Made by a program: the position numbers and the translations under genes. From positions 54,374,001-54,438,000 of the forward strand of contig OZ241832.1 in NCBI GenBank assembly GCA_965202585.1: a stretch of 64,000 bases of DNA, read 5' to 3'. Positions 1-7,974 of the stretch are shown one piece after another. Source of the DNA: Thalia democratica (taxonomy: Eukaryota). The notes below the pieces were generated by a model. The model had not been told where the DNA came from. It saw only the letters and a list, made by a program, of their open reading frames with translations, and did not search any database. Positions within the stretch are counted from its first letter, which is position 1; every line of letters begins with the position of its first letter.

Positions 1-15
1 CTTGGTACGAGCCAT
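1..15 (-). CDS. H3: Histone H3, 5' end only (MARTK), truncated by window edge
   Basis: Bases 1-15 are identical to 7219-7233. Minus-strand ATG at 15-13 is preceded by the H3 promoter. Confidence 0.9.
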
Positions 16-162
16 TTTGATGATAAATCTGTTTGTTGCAAGACAGCTTATATACTGTTCGCATAGACACGGACGCGAGCGATTCCGCTGTGTAGTCTAA
101 TTTGCATATTTTCAACTTAGCATTGTTTATGCATTTTGAGTTGCGTTATACTTTGTTTGAGT

Positions 163-178
163 GGTCCTAAAAAGGACC
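163..178 (-). terminator. Histone 3' stem-loop of H1 (GGTCCT-TTTT-AGGACC); same in every unit, e.g. 7381-7396
   Basis: 6-bp stem and 4-nt loop, 17 nt after the stop codon, followed by ACTC. Matches the metazoan SLBP-binding consensus. Confidence 0.95.
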
Positions 179-195
179 TTGGGTAAAAGAACAAC

Positions 196-756
196 TTATT
201 TTTTGCAGCTCTTCTTCTTGGATGCTTTTTTGGCTGCCGGCTTCTTCTTGGTTACTTTCTTCTTCTTGCTTGCAGCTTTTTTAGATGCTGCCTTCTTAGG
301 AGCGCACTTTTTAGCAGGTCGCTTTTTGGCTGCTGGTTTTTTTGCAGCCTTCTTGGGAGCACACTTCTTTTTTGGTTTTTTAACTGCGGCCTTCTTTGCT
401 GCTGGCTTTTTAGCTACTTTTTTTGTCCTCTTCTTGGGCCCAGCAGCTGGCATTGGAGCAAGCTTGAACGAGCCAGAAGCGCCTTTTCCAGTTGTCTGGA
501 GAAAAGCACCTTTGGTCACGCCGCTGGTAAGTGCTCTCTTCAAGTGAGAATTGGAAGCTGTGAGGTCCAGCTTGTAGGTGTCCGCGATATACTTTTGTAT
601 CTTCTGGCGGGATGTACCTTTTCGTTCCTTCATTGCTCCAAGGGCAGAGCTAATCATTTCCCTGTAAGTAGGGTGCTCTGCCTTCTTGGCGCTTGGTCTC
701 TTGGAAGACCTGGCTGCGGCTGGCGCTGGTACTGCTGCTACTGCTGTGGTAGACAT
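196..756 (-). CDS. H1: Linker histone H1 (U1)
   Basis: 186 aa. Winged-helix globular domain (HPTYREMI...GKGASGSFKL), K/A/P-rich C-terminal tail, stem-loop at 163-178. Confidence 0.97.
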   Translation of the reverse strand: MSTTAVAAVPAPAAARSSKRPSAKKAEHPTYREMISSALGAMKERKGTSRQKIQKYIADTYKLDLTASNSHLKRALTSGVTKGAFLQTTGKGASGSFKLAPMPAAGPKKRTKKVAKKPAAKKAAVKKPKKKCAPKKAAKKPAAKKRPAKKCAPKKAASKKAASKKKKVTKKKPAAKKASKKKSCKK

Positions 757-3700
757 GTTGAATGAAAATTAAAGCGACCAAAACCTTACTTGCAAGAGTT
801 ACTGACTGTGACGAATTGACTGTTGAGCAGTTATGTTTTGCAAGGTACCTTTTACTTCTTAATACAAGCATTATCACGTTTGTTTAAGACACATATGCTT
901 ATAAAAATTTAGTTGTCTTATTACGAATGTTGAAAAAGTTCCAGTAAGAAAGAAACCATATCTAACTTGTTCTGAAAGTAACTTTTTTTAAAACATTAGT
1001 TTGAAAAGTCAAGAAATAACAGCCTGTATCTTACAGCACACCTCTAAATATATTAAGAAAAACATAAATGAAAAAAAAACATGTTAGCACACTTCCGACT
1101 GAATTTTCCTTTGCCGCTCGCCTAAAGTAATAAAATTTTAACAAAGCACAAGGTTTTTTTACCTCAAACTTAAACAAAGCTTCATTATTTCGATTTCATG
1201 GAGTTTTGTAAATCGTAAGTTCTATCAAGTGTGTTCAAGTTAATTACATTTTAAACTAATGTGTTAAAAGTAATTCCAAAAAATAAAAGTGTTCATTTTG
1301 TTTAGCTTTACTAGTTATGATTACTCAAAATATACTCATAAGCAATATACTCAAAACTTTTATTAAAATTTTTTTTTTATTAAACTGTTTTTTTTATGTT
1401 GCACATACTAGTAACTTACCTTACAACAATGTTTTCCAAACAACCTTTCAAAAACGTACAGTAACTATGATCATACTTGTTTGAAAATTATAAACTACTT
1501 TTAAACAAAATTTTTCGGTGTATATGAAAAACTAGTTTAACAAGTAAGTAGTTCAACATTAAATTAGCATTTCAAACAACTGATTCAAGCTGTTATACAG
1601 TTTAAAAAATACCGATGCAATTTTGCTCGTTACACTTAAACCTTGATCAAACTAAGAACTTATTCTTTGCAGATTTCAACCGAACAAAGTGTGCTGATAA
1701 AAGTGAACAAATGGATTTGGTTGTAAATTTTTCAAACAAAATAAAGTCAATTAGATTCAAAGAAATAAATAAGTCGAAAAAGCTTATGAAAACTAGCACT
1801 GAATATGAACTTAAACAAAAGTTGATATTTTTTGGACGAAAAATTTTACGTAAAAAAAGAGGTTGGTTTATTTTTTAAGCAGTATTAAGATACAAAGGGT
1901 AGTAAACAAAATAAAAACGAGTAAAGAAATCGAAAAGAAAAGCTTTTGAAATAAGGTTGACAAACGTTAGTGTTTGAATACAGCTTTGTTTACAATCAGA
2001 ACTCATAAGCTTTCAAATTATCTTTAAAAAATAATGCAATTAAGCTTTTTTTTTCAAACTTTGTTTTGTCACTTCTCATAAATCTAAAGTCAGTCGAAAC
2101 AACATAGAACAACTTATTACTTTCTTGACACATATTTTGAAACAACAACAGTACTGTTTATTAAAGTTTACGATTGAAGTGTTTACCAAGTTAAACATGT
2201 GTTTAATTCAGTTTAAGTTGCTTTACTGCTAAAACTAGTTTCTTAGTTTACTCAACCTAGATTAATCATAAAGTTCTGTACAATTGCTTTCATTGACTCG
2301 TTACTAGTTATCACTAACTTTTTATTAATGTAGTTCAGAACACAACTTAGGATAAGCTACATTTTATTCTCGGATGTCGTTCAGAACATAGCTGTTGTAG
2401 CAACAACATACAGATTTGAAAGAAAATCTCATTATCTTACTCAATTATAAATTATATAAAACAAGGTCTTTGCTTGACTCAAAGCTTTATGTTTGCCTAT
2501 TACGAAACTTGTACTATCATATAATAAGCTGTGAAAAAATGAAGGCTAAAAAAGTTTTATTTTTGCTTTGTCCAAATTTTTTTTCTTCTTTAGATTTACA
2601 AAAACTGCATAGCTTAAAGCAACAAGTTACAGTAATTTTAATTTTCTTATGTATAGCGTACAAAAGAGTTACAAATAAGTGGTAGCAAGTTTTTTACTTC
2701 TTTTCTTTGTATCATGTTTCACCTAATCATTTGGTTTATTTCGTATGCATGACAAGATAGGCAGCCTTAAACCAACCAAGTAGATGTAAGCTTAGTAAAA
2801 TTAAATATTTAATTGTACAAGTTCATCATTTTATTAAAGTATTTTGTTGTGTTAAATTGTGTACCTGGTAATAGTGTTCTCTTTCTTTTGAACAATCGAT
2901 CATGTTTACATTTATGTGTTATATCAGATTTGAATTGTTAAGAATGTTTCAGTTGTAATTGAACAGTTTTTTTTTAAGGACATTAAAAATTGTTTGTTGT
3001 TAACAGCTTAAAACGTTTTCAGTTGTTAAGTCAAAGTTTTATTTCTATTTCTGTTTAAGCGTATTATTTTCATTGAAAAATATAACTAGTTTTTACAATG
3101 ACGTAGGCACAGCTTTTTTTAATAAACTAAAAAAAATGAAATATTGAATTAAAAAAATGTCCACAAAGTAAGCATGAATAAGAATAAGTTTTATTTTGAA
3201 AAGAAAATTAAACGGAAAAAGCCTACGAAAAGGACACTCAAGTTAGTTAAAGCTTTTCACTAAGCATTCAGTAATAGTAAGCAATAAAGTAAGGATTAGG
3301 GCATCTAGCTAGAGTTCCCTTCTTAACAGCTGCACAAAAAAAGTAAAGTAGAGAAATTGTAGCAAGCTAGGTATTTAATAAATAATAGATTTATAGTTTG
3401 GAACGAAATGGTTTATGATTCTTTACCACCACAAAGTTGATTAAGTATGTACATTTGTGTTGTTGAGTCTAGTAGTCAATAGTAGCTTGTGTAATTAATT
3501 GGTGATCCACCTAACCTTTAAATTTAAAAAGTACATAGCTTAAAACAAACAAGTATAGTCGTTTTGAGTTGTCTCAAACATAGTTTAAAAAAGAGTTACA
3601 AAAAATGGTAAAAAAGTGTTCTTTTTTTTACCTTTGAATCATGTCGTTATTTGGCATAGCCACAGAAAAAAAAGTTCAACAAAACAAGTATGAGCTTTGT

Positions 3701-5206
3701 AAACAGAAAGATTATTTCAATAGTACGTTTGTTTTAAACAATCACTGTTGTTTACATTAGTTTAATTGTTCAACTTTTAAACACCTTTGTACTGTTTCAT
3801 TTGCATTCTGATAAATAAGACTAATACACTTTTGACAATCAAACCTCCGTTAAATTAATACCATTGAGTATTTTTAAATATCAATGTAAAGTTTTCTTCT
3901 CATTTATTATAATGTCTTACTTAAGCATAATTTTTTATTTAGTATCGTTGTTTTTTTATTAAACTAACCACAAATATCTATTGAGTGTTTGATAAACAAG
4001 TCTAAAAAGTTAATTGAACCAGAGTGAGTTTTGTTTAAACAACACGTTAAACAAGAAGATGCCCATTGAAAAAACTTTTTTACCTAACATTTAAATAGTA
4101 GTGAAGCAGAAAAACATGTTCTACGGTTTAAGCTCATTATCAAGAATAGTTTAAAATGAAAAGTAAAACTACAAAAACTGAAGTAAGTGTAACTAACTGG
4201 TAAAAATAAAAACAGAGAAATTCTGTTTTGAAAATTTATTTACAAGTTATTGAAGTACACTAACTTTTTTACCAACACGCACAATGTAGATATAAATTTG
4301 TACATTTTTTTGTCGCTTAGCTAGAGCTTGTTTGACATTCTTTACTCGACATTAGTAGCTGGTCAAATCAATTGGTGGTCCTGATTACTTTAGATTTGTA
4401 GAAACATGACTTTAAGCAAACTATTAGAGTTGTTTTAGGTCATCAATTTGTCTCATTTCTAATTAAAACAAGTAACTTTTACTTTGAAAACTAGCATAAT
4501 AAGTACAAGCAGTTAATCTTTTGTGTTTTACCAATAATGAGCTGGTTTGTTTTATGTGTTTATGTTTTGAATTGAAAATGTTTCTTAAACAAGGTAAACA
4601 GAAGTTAACTTTGAAAGAAGGAATATTTAATTTGAAAAAGACATTTATTATTTTTTGTTTTGAACAATCACTTTTAATTCATTTATGCATTCTTATGTTT
4701 TCAAAATGTGTTACATGGCCTCAATTGCAATTAAATTGATAAGAAGGAAAAACGTTTAAAAAGTTAAAGCTCGGTTGTTTTAATAATAATCAACAACAAC
4801 TTAAAATGAATACTAAGTTTTTGCTTGTTATAAGTGATATAAATTTCTGTTTAAAAAGTTTTGTAACTTATTGAATGCTTTTACAGAACTTCAACAAACG
4901 AATAAAAAAAATGTTACGTACAAAAAGTATTCAGATGAAAAATCTTACGGACAACATAATCAAGTTAGTTAAGCCTCATTTAATTACAAGTACTACTACT
5001 GTTTTGTGAATAAGACTAATGCAATGCTTTTTCTACAATATAACGAGTTACAAATTTATTAAGTGTTTGAAACAAAAAATAGTTTGTTCATTCAAGTGTA
5101 TGAGTTTTTAATTTACACGAATAAGAACTTATTTGTACTAAGCTTACATTCTTAACTGTAGCTTGTACTTTAAGTAAATACCAAAAGCTGGTTCTATTCT
5201 AATGGT
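757..5206. other. AT-rich intergenic spacer (~4.45 kb) containing the H1 upstream region; present in every unit
   Basis: Very AT-rich with many A/T homopolymers. No credible ORF or RNA gene. Confidence 0.9.
2580..4700. repeat. Degenerate internal direct repeats in the spacer, period ~0.85-0.95 kb (at least 3 copies)
   Basis: Collinear matches: AAAAGAGTTACAAA at 2662 and 3589 (offset 927); CTTTG[T/A]ATCATGT at 2705 and 3632 (927); 24/29 match of 3480-3508 to 4353-4381 (873); 18/19 match of 3728-3746 to 4654-4672 (926). Confidence 0.75.
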
Positions 5207-5222
5207 GGTCCTGAAAAGGACC
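5207..5222 (-). terminator. Histone 3' stem-loop of H2B (GGTCCT-TTTC-AGGACC, then ACCA); repeated in each unit
   Basis: Canonical 16-nt hairpin 13 nt after the H2B stop codon. Confidence 0.95.
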
Positions 5223-5235
5223 GGTTGTTGAGCGT

Positions 5236-5595
5236 TTATTTTGAGCTGGTGTACTTGGTAACAGCTTTAGTACCTTCTGAAACTGCGTGCTTTGACAACT
5301 CGCCGGGGAGCAAAAGCCTGACAGCAGTTTGGATTTCGCGGCTGCTAACAGTAGACCTCTTGTTGTAATGAGCCAAACGTGAAGCCTCTGCTGCAATGCG
5401 CTCGAAGATGTCGTTGACAAAAGAGTTCATGATTCCCATCGCCTTGCTGGAGATTCCGGTGTCGGGGTGCACTTGCTTCAAAACTTTGTACACGTAGATG
5501 CCAAAGCTTTCTTTGTTCCTCCTCCTTCGCTTCTTCTTGCCGTCGACCGGAGCGGTCTTGGCTACTGACTTCTTCGCGCTTTTGGTTGCTGTCAT
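5236..5595 (-). CDS. H2B: Histone H2B (U1)
   Basis: 119 aa. Histone fold [14 protein letters not shown]...[16 protein letters not shown]-terminus TKYTSSK. Confidence 0.98.
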   Translation of the reverse strand: MTATKSAKKSVAKTAPVDGKKKRRRRNKESFGIYVYKVLKQVHPDTGISSKAMGIMNSFVNDIFERIAAEASRLAHYNKRSTVSSREIQTAVRLLLPGELSKHAVSEGTKAVTKYTSSK

Positions 5596-5626
5596 GATGA
5601 TGTGTGAACTTCAGTCTCGGCGCCGG

Positions 5627-5632
5627 TTTATA
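5627..5632 (-). promoter_or_regulatory. TATA box of H2B (TATAAA)
   Basis: First T lies 37 nt upstream of the ATG. Confidence 0.8.
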
Positions 5633-5643
5633 TCCTGAAAAAT

Positions 5644-5655
5644 TATGCAAATTAG
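5644..5655 (-). promoter_or_regulatory. Extended octamer CTAATTTGCATA in the H2B promoter (ATTTGCAT on the sense strand)
   Basis: Contains the POU octamer just upstream of the TATA box. The same 12-mer occurs in the H2A, H4 and H3 promoters. Confidence 0.8.
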
Positions 5656-5729
5656 CAGAGTTCCGTACGCGAACGATAGCTTGTTTCTCTCACTTCACAA
5701 TTCTCTCGTTTGTTGTAAATACTTTTGGT

Positions 5730-5745
5730 GGTCCTGAAAAGGACC
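5730..5745 (-). terminator. Histone 3' stem-loop of H2A (GGTCCT-TTTC-AGGACC, then ACCA); repeated in each unit
   Basis: Canonical hairpin 14 nt after the stop codon. Confidence 0.95.
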
Positions 5746-5759
5746 TGGTTTTTTTTAAC

Positions 5760-6140
5760 TTAGGCTGACTTTTTTGAAGCGGTCTTCTTAGGCAACAGTA
5801 CTGCCTGGATGTTTGGAAGAACACCACCTTGAGCAATTGTGACGCCGCCGAGAAGTTTGTTCAACTCTTCGTCGTTGCGAATAGCTAGTTGCAAATGGCG
5901 AGGAATGATCCTGCTTTTCTTGTTGTCACGAGCAGCGTTACCGGCAAGCTCGAGCACTTCTGCGCTCAAGTACTCGAGAACGGCAGCCAGATAAACTGGA
6001 GCACCAGCTCCGACTCTTTGGCTGTAGTTGCCGGTGCGCAACAGGCGGTGCACGCGACCGACTGGAAACTGCAGTCCTGCACGGGAAGACCTGCTCTTCG
6101 GCTTAGATTTGAGTTTTGATCCTTTACCACGTCCTGACAT
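5760..6140 (-). CDS. H2A: Histone H2A (U1), 126 aa, start corrected to MSGRGK
   Basis: [14 protein letters not shown]...QAVLLPKK. The ORF-track ATG at 6194 lies upstream of the TATA-like box. Confidence 0.97.
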   Translation of the reverse strand: MSGRGKGSKLKSKPKSRSSRAGLQFPVGRVHRLLRTGNYSQRVGAGAPVYLAAVLEYLSAEVLELAGNAARDNKKSRIIPRHLQLAIRNDEELNKLLGGVTIAQGGVLPNIQAVLLPKKTASKKSA

Positions 6141-6180
6141 TTTGTTGTTCGAATGATTGTGATGATAGCTTGCACAGCTC

Positions 6181-6186
6181 AATATA
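6181..6186 (-). promoter_or_regulatory. TATA-like box of H2A (TATATT), with Inr-like TCATTC at 6156-6151
   Basis: The first T is 32 nt upstream of the A of TCATTC, the classical histone cap-site motif. The TATA sequence is non-canonical. Confidence 0.6.
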
Positions 6187-6217
6187 AAACTCATACCTAA
6201 CCGCGTCGAACGAACAA

Positions 6218-6229
6218 CTAATTTGCATA
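6218..6229 (+). promoter_or_regulatory. Extended octamer CTAATTTGCATA in the H2A promoter (ATGCAAAT on the sense strand)
   Basis: Exact 12-mer shared by the four core histone promoters. Confidence 0.75.
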
Positions 6230-6289
6230 TGTCATAGCTAATGCTAATCTTGTCAAAAATGTTGTAAAAACTTTTATATTGAATTAGGT

Positions 6290-6305
6290 GGTCCTAAAAA
6301 GGACC
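6290..6305 (-). terminator. Histone 3' stem-loop of H4 (GGTCCT-TTTT-AGGACC, then ACCT); repeated in each unit
   Basis: Canonical hairpin 17 nt after the stop codon. Confidence 0.95.
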
Positions 6306-6322
6306 GGGTTTGCTAAAAGCGA

Positions 6323-6677
<355 letters not shown>

Positions 6678-6711
6678 CAAGCTGTTACGGACGCGTACGG
6701 TTACTATTAAA

Positions 6712-6723
6712 CTAATTTGCATA
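6712..6723 (+). promoter_or_regulatory. Extended octamer CTAATTTGCATA in the H4 promoter
   Basis: Exact shared 12-mer, ~35 nt upstream of the TATA box. Confidence 0.75.
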
Positions 6724-6791
6724 CTCAAAAAAGTCTCTTAACTTACATCTTTTCGTTTGCTTTCTTTTTCTCACTATCAAAGTTTTAAGGT

Positions 6792-6807
6792 GGCCCTGAA
6801 AAGGACC
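6792..6807 (-). terminator. Histone 3' stem-loop of H3 (GGTCCT-TTTC-AGGGCC, one U-G wobble); repeated in each unit
   Basis: Hairpin 15 nt after the stop codon, followed by ACCT and a purine-rich tract (GATAGTGAGAAAAAGAAAG). Confidence 0.93.
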
Positions 6808-6822
6808 GGTTTTAGCTAACGC

Positions 6823-7314
<492 letters not shown>

Positions 7315-7326
7315 CTAATTTGCATA
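7315..7326 (+). promoter_or_regulatory. Extended octamer CTAATTTGCATA in the H3 promoter
   Basis: Exact shared 12-mer, ~42 nt upstream of the TATA box. Also at 97-108. Confidence 0.75.
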
Positions 7327-7413
7327 TTTTCAACTTAGCATTGTTTATGCATTTTGAGTTGCGTTATACTTTGTTTGAGTGGTCCTAAAAAGGACCTTGG
7401 GTAAAAGAACAAC

Positions 7414-7974
7414 TTATTTTTTGCAGCTCTTCTTCTTGGATGCTTTTTTGGCTGCCGGCTTCTTCTTGGTTACTTTCTTCTTCTTGCTTGCAGCTTTTTT
7501 AGATGCTGCCTTCTTAGGAGCGCACTTTTTAGCAGGTCGCTTTTTGGCTGCTGGTTTTTTTGCAGCCTTCTTGGGAGCACACTTCTTTTTTGGTTTTTTA
7601 ACTGCGGCCTTCTTTGCTGCTGGCTTTTTAGCTACTTTTTTTGTCCTCTTCTTGGGCCCAGCAGCTGGCATTGGAGCAAGCTTGAACGAGCCAGAAGCGC
7701 CTTTTCCAGTTGTCTGGAGAAAAGCACCTTTGGTCACGCCGCTGGTAAGTGCTCTCTTCAAGTGAGAATTGGAAGCTGTGAGGTCAAGCTTGTAGGTGTC
7801 CGCGATATACTTTTGTATCTTCTGGCGGGATGTACCTTTTCGTTCCTTCATTGCTCCAAGGGCAGAGCTAATCATTTCCCTGTAAGTAGGGTGCTCTGCC
7901 TTCTTGGCGCTTGGTCTCTTGGAAGACCTGGCTGCGGCTGGCGCTGGTACTGCTGCTACTGCTGTGGTAGACAT
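7414..7974 (-). CDS. H1: Linker histone H1 (U2)
   Basis: Same protein as U1. Confidence 0.97.
   Translation of the reverse strand: MSTTAVAAVPAPAAARSSKRPSAKKAEHPTYREMISSALGAMKERKGTSRQKIQKYIADTYKLDLTASNSHLKRALTSGVTKGAFLQTTGKGASGSFKLAPMPAAGPKKRTKKVAKKPAAKKAAVKKPKKKCAPKKAAKKPAAKKRPAKKCAPKKAASKKAASKKKKVTKKKPAAKKASKKKSCKK

Noticed and set aside
161-547. 128-aa plus-strand ORF (F/L/A-rich) and its copies
   Set aside because: It is the antisense shadow of the Lys/Ala-rich H1 tail (AAG/AAA read as CTT/TTT) and starts at GTG inside the stem-loop.
781-792. GTAAGG splice-donor-like site upstream of the H1 ATG
   Set aside because: There is no AG acceptor before the ATG and the interval is too short for an intron.
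544-877. 73-aa (+) and 75-aa (-) ORFs overlapping H1 and its copies
   Set aside because: Alternative-frame or antisense by-products of the H1 CDS with no recognisable domain.
3799-3806. Octamer ATTTGCAT in mid-spacer
   Set aside because: Lacks the CTA...A extension, is far from any TATA, and the paralogous subrepeat position reads TTTATGCAT. Probably incidental.
4445-4454. AATTTGTCT resembling the U7 snRNA Sm site
   Set aside because: No 3' hairpin follows, and the upstream sequence is not complementary to the downstream elements. It aligns with part of the spacer subrepeat (TGTCTCA at 3570).
1615-4739. Spacer ORFs 1615-1878, 2416-2685 and 4521-4739
   Set aside because: Short, low-complexity AT-rich translations, two starting at TTG. 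Their recurrence only reflects array homogeneity, and the 4521 ORF is lost in the diverged U9.
757-5206. Possible linked U1/U2 snRNA, 5S rRNA, tRNA or SL RNA genes, as known in some invertebrate histone repeats such as Hydractinia
   Set aside because: Only 7-10 nt chance matches (ACTTACCT ~1414, TCAAGTGT, GCCTACG ~3221, TTGGAACGA ~3398) and no structured GC-rich segment. An Infernal/Rfam scan would be decisive.
5055-5241. AATAAA signals on the gene strand (over the H2B stop codon and ~150 nt past its stem-loop)
   Set aside because: Expected by chance in AT-rich DNA. There is no evidence of dual polyadenylation without 3' end data.
6141-6194. 18-aa N-terminal extension of H2A ([18 protein letters not shown])
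   Set aside because: That ATG lies upstream of the TATA-like box and Inr-like site, so it would not be in the mRNA. MSGRGK is the canonical start.
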